40,623 nt of DNA from Octopus bimaculoides (GCF_001194135.2 NC_068983.1:151964411-152005033); one strand, 5' to 3'. Numbered from the stretch's first letter, positions 1 through 13,595 are shown. Numbers and translations are program-made. The notes: generated by a model not told the origin, from the letters alone.

Positions 1-49
<49 letters not shown>

Positions 50-815
50 TGTTTATTCATTTATTTATTTTTTTATCTATTTATATATCTTTATTTATTC
101 ATTCATTCAACAATGTCTGCACAGCTATACACGATTATATATAGCAACAGAGGTATACTTCGATACCCCCTCTCTGGTATATACAACCTCTATACAAAAT
201 TACATAAAACAATCCGATTCGTATTTAATAACATAGTATGACATACCCTTGCATAACCACCCAATACCCAGAAATATTTTCTTCATAAAGATTTTTTCTC
301 TCGATATGCTTGATGTTTTCCCTTGTTCTGTACCTACCCGTATCTTTTTCTCTTTCTTTCACCACCCGTATTTTCATTTCTGTCATTCACGTGTTTAGCA
401 TACAAGCCCTTCTACTCCCTTTTTTTGACATCTGCTTCCGATTGGCATCAACTTCAGAACACACACAGTCTCACATGCATACATACATACATACATACAT
501 ATACATATACATATGTATACGTATGTATATAAATATATATGTATATATATATATATATATATATNNNNNNNNNNNNNNNNNNNNNNNNNNNNNNNNNNNN
601 NNNNNNNNNNNNNNNNNNNNNNNNNNNNNNNNNNNNNNNNNNNNNNNNNNNNNNNNNNNNNNNNNNNNNNNNNNNNNNNNNNNNNNNNNNNNNNNNNNNN
701 NNNNNNNNNNNNNNNNNNNNNNNNNNNNNNNNNNNNNNNNNNNNNNNNNNNNNNNNNNNNNNNNNNNNNNNNNNNNNNNNNNNNNNNNNNNNNNNNNNNN
801 NNNNNNNNNTATATT

Positions 816-846
<31 letters not shown>

Positions 847-1116
847 AAATATATGTATGTATGTATATATATTTATACATATATGTATGTATACTATGAG
901 AACTGACTCTCGAATGCGCATGCTCAAACTTATTTTTATTCTCACAGATTTGCATAGGCAGTCGTCTAAGTAGATCCTTAGAAATTCAAATAAATACATA
1001 TAAACACCAAGGTAAACATTGTTTATACATACATGGCTGCATGTGTACACACACACACACCTCTACTCATGCACACATTTACACACATACACACAGATAT
1101 GTATACAAACACACTC

Positions 1117-1180
<64 letters not shown>

Positions 1181-1329
1181 GCATACATATACATACACAC
1201 ACACACACACACATATATATGTATATTTATATAGATAGATACATATAGTTATACATACATACGTACATACATGAACACACACTCACTCACACACGCATAC
1301 GTTTGTATGTATAAATATTTAGGGTTCCA

Positions 1330-2400
1330 TACAAAATTTGTCACATACTGAAAGATTATACTCTGTTTACAGAAATAAAATTCAGTTTCAAAACTTGATA
1401 GAAGAGACAAAATGTAATTGTTCTAAGAACGCCTGTTTTCAAACTGTTGTTCGTTCCGTTCCAAACGGTGCTGATAACGCGATAGAATGGAATTGTATAC
1501 ATAAAAAGAAAACATTGTGTTCGGTATTTGTGCGCATTCTCGTTCGATGGCGGCCCTCAATTTGTCGATTGTTGCCGGTTTTGGATCGTAACCTTTCTTC
1601 TATAATGTATCCCCATAAAAAGAAAAATTCAGTGGTGAGAGCTTCGGTGATGCTACTGGGTAGTCTATTGAGCCAATTCGTTCAATCGAACTGTTTATCT
1701 AGATCTCATCAAAGTAGTCCCTTAAATTACTATATCATGATGGAGTTACCGAACATACTAGAAATATTACTCTAGATCTTCAAGACTGAACGTAGCATAA
1801 CAGATTATTGCAGTAAATTCAAGTAAACTGTACTAGTCACAGTGCCGTGAAGAAAAGAATTGGTCGTACATATTGTAGTTCCTGGTACATTAACATGCTG
1901 TTCCTCTGTAAAATGTGGATTCTCAGATCTCCCAGTAGAGATTGTGATAATTATTTAAATGCAATGCAGTCTCACCATTCCAAACAATATTTGTTCGAAA
2001 CTCTTCATTTCTACACATGTTGCCAAATACCACTCGCAAAACGCCATTCTTCGGTCCGGATCATTTTAACAGAGAGCCTGGACGATTCATGGAATGCAAC
2101 TTTCAATGTTCTTTAAAATGCAAAAGGCAAGAGTTTGAATTCCTATACCACTTGCTGCAGAGTCTTTCATGAAATATAGAAATACAATCCCAGTAATATG
2201 TCTTGCTCTGTGGTGCTCGTCGTCGTCCGCAGTCTTCCGAAAAGTTTCGTTTGGATATTTTGAGCATCTCTGCGTCAAGTTTATCTCTAATTCCAGTGTT
2301 GGTCAGTTCCGTAGGGCGATCTAATTGAATCTTCCAATTAAACCACCTTTAAAATTCTTCTGATGTTGCCAAGTTACCCTAGCGCGTTAAAATAAATTCT
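1330..2400 (-). mobile_element. Degenerate Tc1/mariner-superfamily transposase relic (DUF4817/maT-rosa-like group)
   Basis: Manual minus-strand translation across frameshifts gives NDPDRRMAFCEWYL...NIVWNGE (DE-box position), ENPHFTEEQHVNVPG, FFFHGTVTSTVYLNLL, IGSIDYPVASPKLSPLNF (degenerate WPPRSPDLTPLDF) and KPATIDKLRAAIERECAQIP. Ends are approximate; TIRs not resolved. Confidence 0.8.
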
Positions 2401-4056
2401 CCTTGTTCAACATATAATCTGGCTCCCACCGTTATTTTTAATCTGTTAAATTTGAAAATAAAGGAAACTAAAGTTACTGGCTGTTAAAATGCGTATATAT
2501 CTCTCGATAAAAACTCTTTCTATACATACATACATACATACATACATACATACATACACGTATACATACATACATATANNNNNNNNNNNNNNNNNNNNNN
2601 NNNNNNNNNNNNNNNNNNNNNNNNNNNNNNNNNNNNNNNNNNNNNNNNNNNNNNNNNNNNNNNNNNNNNNNNNNNNNNNNNNNNNNNNNNNNNNNNNNNN
2701 NNNNNNNNNNNNNNNNNNNNNNNNNNNNNNNNNNNNNNNNNNNNNNNNNNNNNNNNNNNNNNNNNNNNNNNNNNNNNNNNNNNNNNNNNNNNNNNNNNNN
2801 NNNNNNNNNNNNNNNNNNNNNNNNNNNNNNNNNNNNNNNNNNNNNNNNNNNNNNNNNNNNNNNNNNNNNNNNNNNNNNNNNNNNNNNNNNNNNNNNNNNN
2901 NNNNNNNNNNNNNNNNNNNNNNNNNNNNNNNNNNNNNNNNNNNNNNNNNNNNNNNNNNNNNNNNNNNNNNNNNNNNNNNNNNNNNNNNNNNNNNNNNNNN
3001 NNNNNNNNNNNNNNNNNNNNNNNNNNNNNNNNNNNNNNNNNNNNNNNNNNNNNNNNNNNNNNNNNNNNNNNNNNNNNNNNNNNNNNNNNNNNNNNNNNNN
3101 NNNNNNNNNNNNNNNNNNNNNNNNNNNNNNNNNNNNNNNNNNNNNNNNNNNNNNNNNNNNNNNNNNNNNNNNNNNNNNNNNNNNNNNNNNNNNNNNNNNN
3201 NNNNNNNNNNNNNNNNNNNNNTATATATATATATATATATATATGCGTGTGTTTTTGTGCATGGTGTATGCGCGTGTGTATACGTGTTTGTGTGGGTGTA
3301 ATATTTATGGACGCGTATATATTTCTAAATAAATATAAATGCATATTTAAAACTTTGTAGCTATAGTTTATAAAAATACGCACCAAATCCTGGATTTCAT
3401 TTTTTTCTCCGTCTCAGGTGAAAAAAATTCAAACTAATTCTTAAAAGAATTCATTTGAACTTTTTTAAACTTATCATTGCATACAAGGGAGTTTAATCTA
3501 AGTATTGATCTTCCTTTATGAAATTCCATTGTAGTGGAGGCAATATTTCAAAAGCATTCTTTTTGCAAACACTTCAAAACAAAATTTTTTCCTCGACTTG
3601 GATTGAACAATACTTAATTCGTTTAATACAAAGTGCTGATAGATTTGTTCTTTTCTTCAGAACTTGAATAGGATAAGACTTGAAAAGAATGAATAGCCAT
3701 ATTAAACATATGTCCCCTTTTCAGAAAATACTCTATGAATAAGCACTGGAATAATATCTAATCAGCAAACGTAAAGCACAAACCGTCGAAAGACATAAGC
3801 ATAAATCAACACCTGGATTTGCGAGTATAAACATACAATCACAAAACCAAGTCGTAAATGTTCTTGCTTGAAGATTGCAGTGTTTCAAGACGCAAGATAG
3901 AATTTCAGTATTAATAAAGTCTATACTCTACAGCATATATTTCGCACTCTTGTCATCCAGATTTTCAACGTTCGTATACACAGAGGCGCACATAAAACTC
4001 TCACAAACACACACAGACAAACACACACACACACACACACATACACATACACACAC

Positions 4057-4089
<33 letters not shown>

Positions 4090-5112
4090 GGCGCGTACAC
4101 ACATATGTACGTTTTGTTAATAAAATGTCCTGTTTCATATGCATTATATAGAAATTTTGCTATTCGTTCGTATACAGCTTCTATTTTAGTATTACTTGAT
4201 CTCTTCAGTACGAGATGACAAAGAATATGGCTATTAATTATAAGAAATCCTTTACTATAAAGAAGGAAATAAGAAAATATATTGACGAAATCGAATCTTT
4301 TGACTATATGTGATTGCACAAGATGCTTGAAATAGTAACCGCATGTCCTCAAATTAATTCTTGCTGTTGTCCAAGGACTCAATGGATAATGCGGTCCTAG
4401 ATATTTAAAATAAGAATCTGTAATGGAAAGGCTTTCGTCATAGTTCTGAAGTTTTAGGACTGAGATTGAGGTAAACAAGACCACCACCACCACCAACAGC
4501 AACAACAACAACAACAACAACACTGATCTACAGACACGCACTGTCCCTTCCAGATTTCCCTAGACAAGAAACTAGACTGTATAGAAAAATAAGGCACACG
4601 TGTAAAAAGTTTATAACCAAACAACCACACACGCGCAAATAAAGAGTGAAGTGACACGTCAAAATATGACTAAAAAAATTGTTTAGAAGTAAAGAAATAC
4701 TTACTAATAGAGGCGCATACGCCTTCATAAATTGGTGAACATAGGCGCACCACAGAAGCACACAAATATATGCATACATACATTACATACACACGCATAC
4801 GCACAAGTAATCAAACGCTCACACACACACATGCAAATACTAGGCCTATATTTTGCATATATGTGAGTATACGTGCACATGTGAATTTGTGTGTTTGTTT
4901 CTGTTTCAGTGTGTTAGTGTGTGTATATATACGTACGTACGTGTATATATTCTGCTGATGCATAATGATATGTATCAAATAATGACGTAATTGAATATAT
5001 AACTGAAAATATATCAATATAGAATGCAAATGAAATGGACGAATGTATGTATACGTGTCTGTGTGCGTTCATATAAATGTATATATATATATATATATAT
5101 ATATGGATAAAG

Positions 5113-5143
<31 letters not shown>

Positions 5144-6590
5144 NNNNNNNNNNNNNNNNNNNNNNNNNNNNNNNNNNNNNNNNNNNNNNNNNNNNNNNNN
5201 NNNNNNNNNNNNNNNNNNNNNNNNNNNNNNNNNNNNNNNNNNNNNNNNNNNNNNNNNNNNNNNNNNNNNNNNNNNNNNNNNNNNNNNNNNNNNNNNNNNN
5301 NNNNNNNNNNNNNNNNNNNNNNNNNNNNNNNNNNNNNNNNNNNNNNNNNNNNNNNNNNNNNNNNNNNNNNNNNNNNNNNNNNNNNNNNNNNNNNNNNNNN
5401 NNNNNNNNNNNNNNNNNNNNNNNNNNNNNNNNNNNNNNNNNNNNNNNNNNNNNNNNNNNNNNNNNNNNNNNNNNNNNNNNNNNNNNNNNNNNNNNNNNNN
5501 NNNNNNNNNNNNNNNNNNNNNNNNNNNNNNNNNNNNNNNNNNNNNNNNNNNNNNNNNNNNNNNNNNNNNNNNNNNNNNNNNNNNNNNNNNNNNNNNNNNN
5601 NNNNNNNNNNNNNNNNNNNNNNNNNNNNNNNNNNNNNNNNNNNNNNNNNNNNNNNNNNNNNNNNNNNNNNNNNNNNNNNNNNNNNNNNNNNNNNNNNNNN
5701 NNNNNNNNNNNNNNNNNNNNNNNNNNNNNNNNNNNNNNNNNNNNNNNNNNNNNNNNNNNNNNNNNNNNNNNNNNNNNNNNNNNNNNNNNNNNNNNNNNNN
5801 NNNNNNNNNNNNNNNNNNNNNNNNNNNNNNNNNNNNNNNNNNNNNNNNNNNNNNNNNNNNNNNNNNNNNNNNNNNNNNNNNNNNNNNNNNNNNNNNNNNN
5901 NNNNNNNNNNNNNNNNNNNNNNNNNNNNNNNNNNNNNNNNNNNNNNNNNNNNNNNNNNNNNNNNNNNNNNNNNNNNNNNNNNNNNNNNNNNNNNNNNNNN
6001 NNNNNNNNNNNNNNNNNNNNNNNNNNNNNNNNNNNNNNNNNNNNNNGTCGGCGATTTCACACACGATTGACTGCACGTCAGTCACACACTTTTTTTCTTT
6101 TTCTTCTGCTCGCAAAGCCTCCTGCAAACTATTCAACCGCTCCAAAGCTCTTTATCTACTTATTTTGCGCAATAACACGCACACCACCCCATACAATGAC
6201 ACACATACACGACACATATCCCTACACTGGAATATATACGTTTATATATAAAGGTAGACAGATATATGTGTGTATAAATGTATATACATATATATCTGTA
6301 TATGTACTGATATGTGAATGTACAGACACACACACACATACATACACACACACACACACATACATGTATGTATGTATGTATCCAGGCATGCGAAAATATT
6401 TTATTAGGTTAATTGGTTAGACAATTCTTTTTTTTGTTTTTGATTTGACTAATTTGAAACATGTCACAGTCGTTTCCCCTGAAATGGAATTAGTTCAATA
6501 ACTATGTGCCATAATAAAGTATACAGCACACTCTACAATTTATAATAATGAGTACCATAGTAAGTAATAACTATAATTCTTGTTTTAACG

Positions 6591-6629
<39 letters not shown>

Positions 6630-6703
6630 NNNNNNNNNNNNNNNNNNNNNNNNNNNNNNNNNNNNNNNNNNNNNNNNNNNNNNNNNNNNNNNNNNNNNNN
6701 NNN

Positions 6704-6759
<56 letters not shown>

Positions 6760-7739
6760 CCCGCACACTCATATAAATGCATATATGTATATATGTATGT
6801 ATATCTGTATTTATGTATGTATGTATGTATGTATGTATGTATGTATGTACGTATAAACACGAAAGTATAGCACAATGGAATGAGTGCTGGATAACATCAT
6901 ATTTTCAATGTAAGTGCATCCAAAATAGAGGCAATTTCAAAATTATGGAAGTCAATCACCTGATAATTGTGAAAATCATCGGCGTATGAAAGAATTGGTA
7001 GCACTGTTGAGAAACATAAATCGCAAGCATATTCAATTATGAATCAAAGAAAAGAAAACTGAAAATCAACGAGTATTTCAATAGTTAATCTTCTTTAAGA
7101 TAAGGTCATTGACGTCGAATAAAAATTATTATCATGCTATTTTAAAGTATTCGTTTCTATACATGGGTGGGATTTCTGATATTGAGAATTTGTCAAATAC
7201 GCAAGCACATAGCCATACATATGTACATGCATCATTGAATGCGTACATAGAACTTTTTAAGTATATATCTATAGAACTGTTTAAGCATATATGTATATCA
7301 TTGTTCTGTTTTATTTCAAGATTTGTTCCCAATAGGATCCTCTTTCTAACCCAGATCCAAGGCTTCTTTATAGGAGTATGTATGTTTTATGTATATAACG
7401 AATACTCACACCTACAAAGGCACCCGCACACAAACATACACACACAAACACACACGTACACACACAAACACACACGTACACACACACACACACACACACA
7501 CACGCTTCTTTAGCTTTCCTACTGAGATAGAGTAATAAAAGATGAGTTAGCATAGCGTGTCGTGCACAATCACTCAACATATAATGATCGATAAACTGTG
7601 AGATAATGCGAGAAAAGTCTAGAAAAATACATTAATGCTGGGAGATTATATCACAAAACTGAATGACGAAATTGCGAAAGGGTGTTAAACTCTGTGTGTA
7701 ATACATAGTATAGTGTAGGTGGTCTCTAATTCGATAATT

Positions 7740-8160
7740 GAAACTTTTGCGAAACATATAGTGAACATTTCTTGCCTCAATTCTAGAGGTCAGTACAGTT
7801 TTTCAAACAAATAAAGACCAGTGTTCTTTCAGCTATAAATAGCATTCAATTTTTGATCCATTGAGGTATGGCCTACACCACTCTATGATGCTCTAGTTGA
7901 TGGTGTCTGGTATATCAGATTCTAGATATGCCTTGCTAGCTTTGTTTTCTTTATGTCCTCGTGCTTGAAAGATGATTGGTGGTTAATGTATCTTATTTTG
8001 AAGTCACCTTCGCATATTCCGATATAGTTTTTCTTTCAATTCACTTATATGGTGAAAGAGAGGTGACCTTGGTTTTGAGATGTCTGATGAAGTCTACATA
8101 TTTTGCCTAGTAACACTGCATATTTTGCCTAATATGTGCAGTAATCTACACATGCCCATT
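7740..8160 (-). mobile_element. Penelope-like retroelement relic, GIY-YIG endonuclease region
   Basis: Minus strand 8033-7958 reads KNYIGICEGDFKIRYINHQSSFKHE, followed by KTKLARHI*NL and RPYLNGSK. This matches the C-terminal PLE GIY-YIG pattern YIG..FK.RY.NH..SF.H....T.LS.YIW..K...PY.NG.K. Stops and frameshifts are present. Confidence 0.7.
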
Positions 8161-8360
8161 TAGTACCTATACACTCCGTACCTGTAACTTGAAGGTAGCT
8201 CAGCTATGACTCCTCTGTTCATTAAATGATGATTGTCTTTCAATGGATTCTCGTTTTTTCTTTTTTTTTGCGAACCCACCAAAAGTCAACAATACACAGA
8301 TAAAGGCACACGCACATAGACATAGGTACACTCTCTCTCTCTCTCCCTCTCTCTCTCCCC

Positions 8361-8396
<36 letters not shown>

Positions 8397-8694
8397 AAAA
8401 CACACACACTCGCAAGCACACACATAGATATACATCTCTACTAAAAATAAAGGTTTGAAAATAGAAAAATTCACAGAATTGCTATGGTCCAATGGTCGAA
8501 AGCCTATCATATTTACTGAAGTCGTGCATTGAAGTTCCACGGGCAGACTTCGACCCTTTCTATCGAAAGGATTTTAAGATCAATATTTACACGCTGCTAT
8601 TTAATGCTTTAATTGATTCGATATTCAACGTTTCACCGTTCTTAAAACGCATCTTTTAGATTCTGGAAATTTCTAAATTCTTATGACGTCAACA

Positions 8695-8805
8695 ATGTAT
8701 GTATGTACGTATGTATGTATGTATGTATGTATGTATGTATGTATGCATGTATGTATGTATGTATGTATGTATGTGTGTATGTATGGATGTATATCTATCT
8801 ATCTT

Positions 8806-8862
<57 letters not shown>
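8695..8862. repeat. Compound tetranucleotide microsatellite (TATG)n-(TCTA)n
   Basis: Directly visible tandem arrays. Confidence 0.95.
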
Positions 8863-9074
8863 ATACAAGGAGATACTAAATGGCTTTAAGAGTATCAAGA
8901 CAAGTCTTGTTGAAGACCCAAACTTCCGAGTTCCTTTAAGGGCCCGGAAAGACTGAAGGATCGTTGCAATTTGTGTGAATCTGGGAAGAGAATATGTTGA
9001 ATAACATCATAATTAACCGATCCTCCTATATCTTTTTTTACCCACCGAAAACTAGAAACTTTTCAGAACCATTC

Positions 9075-9115
<41 letters not shown>

Positions 9116-9682
9116 CGTGCATGTGAATTGTAGTGTTCTGTTAATAGAGAAACTTCAATGAATCAATATGATGTATTGGAATTCAAAAACGTACATGCAT
9201 TCATGCATACACACGTACATATAAGCATCCTCTTGAAGCACTGCAAATGTATACATACTTTTAAATTTACATATAAAAGTTTGTGTGTGACTATGTGCAA
9301 CATATATACATATTCTGAGTAGGAACATTTCTGTATCCACATCTGAGTTTCAACGTAACTAGTATTTGTGTGAATGTGTTAATACATAAAAACGTATTTT
9401 GACAATGTGTATGTCTATATAGGTTTGTATCGAGTTTCTTTTCACCCAAAATCGCTCGCTCCCTTTTCTTCGTTTCCACTCCTCTCTCTCTCTACCACAA
9501 TATATATATATATATATANNNNNNNNNNNNNNNNNNNNNNNNNNNNNNNNNNNNNNNNNNNNNNNNNNNNNNNNNNNNNNNNNNNNNNNNNNNNNNNNNN
9601 NNNNNNNNNNNNNNNNNNNNNNNNNNNNNNNNNNNNNNNNNNNNNNNNNNNNNNNNNNNNNNNNNNNNNNNNNNATACATAC

Positions 9683-9730
<48 letters not shown>

Positions 9731-10112
9731 CAATAAATATGTATTTGTGTACATATATGCGTGCGTGTGAATGTGTGAACACAATACGCTGGCATTAAGA
9801 GTCACACCCTTATTAATAGACGTAAATTTTGATCAAAGTCAGAGATATTCAAAGCTTTATAAACACATTTCGTTTTATTTTTATGTCATATTGATGTTGT
9901 TACGCAACGGTAGGAGTATTATATAACGTTCATATGTGTATGCCAGAGTGGCATACGCATATATGCTGGCACATACAAACACAAATAATCATCTGTCTGC
10001 ATGTACATGCTACGCAGAAACTCATTTACACAGACACACACACAAACACATGCATGTGTGTATGTATACGTATATATATATATACATGCCTATGTATGTG
10101 TATATATTTATG

Positions 10113-10369
10113 TTCTTTTACTTGTTTCAATCATTTGAATGCGGCCACGCTGGAGCACCACCTGAAAGGGTTTTAGTCGAAGGAATCGACCCCAGGGCTT
10201 ATCCTCTGTAAGCCTACTACTAATTTCATCGGTCTTTTGCCGAACCGCTAGGTATGGGAACATGAACACAAGCACCGGTTATCAAGTTATGATGGTGAGG
10301 AAGGGGGAAAGAAGGCACGCACGCGCTAGCAAACACACACACACTCACACACACACACACTCACACACA

Positions 10370-10401
<32 letters not shown>

Positions 10402-10572
10402 TACACATATTTATATGACGAGTTCTTTCAGTTGCCATCTACCAAATCCACTCGCATGGCTTTGGTCGGACCGAGGCGATAGTAGAAGGAACTTACTGAA
10501 GTTCAATGCAGTGAGACTGAACCCGGAACAATGTGACTGTGAAGTAAGCTCACCACATGCCCACTCCTGCAC
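10113..10572 (-). mobile_element. Full-length tRNA-derived SINE, family A, with internal (CA)n/(TG)n tract
   Basis: Reverse complement has a head GTGCAGGAGTGGGCATGTGGTGAG (A-box-like) and GGGTTCAGTCTC (B-box-like), body, microsatellite, 3' segment (TGGGGTCGATT...GGTGCTCCAGCGTGGCCGCA) and GTAAAAGA tail. It aligns by eye with the plus-strand copies at 28541, 34144 and 36423. Confidence 0.85.
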
Positions 10573-10590
10573 ATATGTATATGCATATAT

Positions 10591-10742
10591 TTTTTTTTAT
10601 TTGTTTCAGTCATTTGACTGCGGTCATGGTGGTACACCGTCTATGTGTATGCATATGCCTACACACACACACACATACTACATACATATACACAGAACAC
10701 ACACACATATATGCATGTACCACACAACCACACCTGCACCTA
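10591..10742 (-). mobile_element. SINE family A fragments (3' tail 10591-10641, head 10717-10742)
   Basis: TTGTTTCAGTCATTTGACTGCGGTCATG is the reverse complement of the family tail; ACCACACAACCACACCTGCACC is the reverse complement of the head. Confidence 0.65.
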
Positions 10743-10770
10743 TATATATACATACACAAACACACATATG

Positions 10771-10818
<48 letters not shown>

Positions 10819-10819
<1 letters not shown>

Positions 10820-11172
10820 TGTTGTGTCTGGGGAGAGTCATTTCTTTATTGTGCCTTATGATTTAACACACTCACCGGTAATATTTCTACTTATTTTTAT
10901 TTTTATTTTCCTAAAACTTTCGTTGCGTCTTGCAACCTTTTCAATAGTCTTAACTCTGTCTGTTATTCACGTTGCGTTCTGTTTTTGCTAACAAAAAAAT
11001 AAGCAAAAACAGAACGTAACGTATATAACGGACAGGGTCAAGACTATTGAAAAGTTTGCAAGACGCAACGAAAATTTTAGGAAAATAAAAAGAAAAATAA
11101 GTGGAAATTTTACCGGTGAGTGTGTTAAATTTTAAGGCACAATAAGAAAATGACTCTTCCCAGACACAACAG
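10819..11172. mobile_element. 354-bp foldback palindrome (probable non-autonomous foldback/MITE element)
   Basis: Arm 10819-10989 is the reverse complement of 11002-11172 (roughly 90% identity by eye, 12-nt A-rich loop). Termini are CTGTTGTGTCTGGG...CCCAGACACAACAG, with TA on the left and AA on the right. Confidence 0.85.
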
Positions 11173-11227
11173 AATATGCTTCAACACACGAAATCATAAA
11201 AAATCTGACAAACCAAATCCAAAAACG

Positions 11228-11298
<71 letters not shown>

Positions 11299-11399
11299 CA
11301 TATATATGTGTGTGTGTGTTTTGTGTATATGTATGTAGTATGTGTGTGTGTGTGTGTGTAGGCACACACGTAGAAGACACACACCTACGCACAAAAACA

Positions 11400-12240
11400 C
11401 TCTCTGATTTCAAACAGATATAACATGTAAATTTGTTGTAATAGTCATTCACAGTTAGTTGCTTGTGATACAGGATTTCATTCAGTTTCAATTGGTAGAG
11501 GGTAGCAAACATCGATGTGATAGTCCAGATGCTCAGCAGCATATCTGGAGGCACCATGCGAACTACTTCAGTGGTCGAAATTTTCAGCTCCTCCAGTGTT
11601 GCAGGTAGTGGTGGTACGCAAACTGCTCTTCACGTACCCCCCAAAGAAAGAAGTCGCAAACACTTAGGTCCGTTAACCTCGCAGACCATTTGCAGAACAC
11701 CTGATCATCTCGTCCAGTACAACCAATCCATCTGTTTGGCAAGTGCTCATTGAGAAATCTCTTGACAGCGAGATGCCAGCGCGGTGGAGTACCACTTTGC
11801 AGGAAAAGGTAGTCATCGCCCTCAGTGGCTAGTTGTATAAATATCGAATTGGTCAGCATCTCCGGGTAACTTTGACTAGTAACAGTTACCTCCTCAAAGA
11901 AGAAAAGGGCCATACACTGTCCTCTCTGATACAGCACCAAACACAATTAACTTTTGGTGAGTCTCGCTCAATTTCCTGGGTAGCGCGCGCATTTTCAAGC
12001 CCCCATATCCGCACGTTATGTCTATTGAATTTGCTGTTCAAGTGAAATATCGTCTCATCACTGAAAATAATTTTTGGCAGTAGGTTATCTTCATTTTCAA
12101 ATTGCATTCCATTATCTTTCTGGTGGAGTTTTGGACTAGTTGCAGCTTGTAAGGGTGATAGTTTAGATGTTTGTGTAAGATCTTGCAAACTGTATTTTGG
12201 GGGAGGTGTAACTTTCGGCTAGCTCTTCGTAATGACAGTC
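11400..12240 (-). mobile_element. 5'-truncated Tc1/mariner-superfamily transposase relic (same broad group as 1330-2400)
   Basis: ORF track shows KIIFSDETIFHLNSKFNRHNVRIWGLEN, FFFEEVTVTSQSYPEML, FLQSGTPPRWHLAVKRFLNEHLPNRWIG and WSARLTDLSVCDFFLWG, split over several frames. Confidence 0.9.
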
Positions 12241-12323
12241 ATAAATACACTCACAAAGACACAGACACACATACATATAGCAAAATATATACACATATAT
12301 TACACACACACTCTCTCTCTCTC

Positions 12324-12367
<44 letters not shown>

Positions 12368-12790
12368 GCATATAAACATACATACATACATATACACACA
12401 CAGACACATTTATTCATACACGTGTGTATATGTGTGTGTGAATGAGTGCGCGTATACGGTTGTCTGTATGTGAATGTTTCCTGCAGTATGAATAACCTCC
12501 CGCTGTTTTCTACTCAAAATATGATTAGATTTATACAATGTTTGTTTTCAGTATAACTAGAGATAATAAACATTTGATTCTGAACCCCTCACACATATAT
12601 ATGTGCTTGTCCTTCTTTGCATGCATGTATGTATGTATGTATGTATTTGTATATGCATGTACGTATGCATATGTATATGTGAATGCTTGTGTTTGTGCAT
12701 ATGTATTTTCATGTTCATGTATGTACTTGTGTATTGATGCATGTTCATGTGTATGGGCGTATGTCCAGGTGAGTATGCCTGTATATGCAT

Positions 12791-12834
<44 letters not shown>

Positions 12835-13548
12835 NNNNNNNNNNNNNNNNNNNNNNNNNNNNNNNNNNNNNNNNNNNNNNNNNNNNNNNNNNNNNNNNNN
12901 NNNNNNNNNNNNNNNNNNNNNNNNNNNNNNNNNNNNNNNNNNNNNNNNNNNNNNNNNNNNNNNNNNNNNNNNNNNNNNNNNNNNNNNNNNNNNNNNNNNN
13001 NNNNNNNNNNNNNNNNNNNNNNNNNNNNNNNNNNNNNNNNNNNNNNNNNNNNNNNNNNNNNNNNNNNNNNNNNNNNNNNNNNNNNNNNNNNNNNNNNNNN
13101 NNNNNNNNNNNNNNNNNNNNNNNNNNNNNNNNNNNNNNNNNNNNNNNNNNNNNNNNNNNNNNNNNNNNNNNNNNNNNNNNNNNNNNNNNNNNNNNNNNNN
13201 NNNNNNNNNNNNNNNNNNNNNNNNNNNNNNNNNNNNNNNNNNNNNNNNNNNNNNNNNNNNNNNNNNNNNNNNNNNNNNNNNNNNNNNNNNNNNNNNNNNN
13301 NNNNNNNNNNNNNNNNNNNNNNNNNNNNNNNNNNNNNNNNNNNNNNNNNNNNNNNNNNNNNNNNNNNNNNNNNNNNNNNNNNNNNNNNNNNNNNNNNNNN
13401 NNNNNNNNNNNNNNNNNNNNNNNNNNNNNNNNNNNNNNNNNNNNNNNNNNNNNNNNNNNNNNNNNNNNNNNNNNNNNNNNNNNNNNNNNNNNNNNNNNNN
13501 NNNNNNNNNNNNNNNNNNNNNNNNNNNNNNNNNNNNNNNNNNNNNNNN

Positions 13549-13595
<47 letters not shown>

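Noticed and set aside
7345-7380. 21-nt micro-exon candidate (IQGFFIG); similar small candidates near 22260-22290 and 22490-22540
   Set aside because: Splice-like words are common by chance; branch spacing or acceptor context is poor and the peptides are unrecognised.
8084-8110. CTGATGA as a hammerhead core
   Set aside because: No closing stem II followed by GAAA; it lies antisense within the Penelope coding relic.
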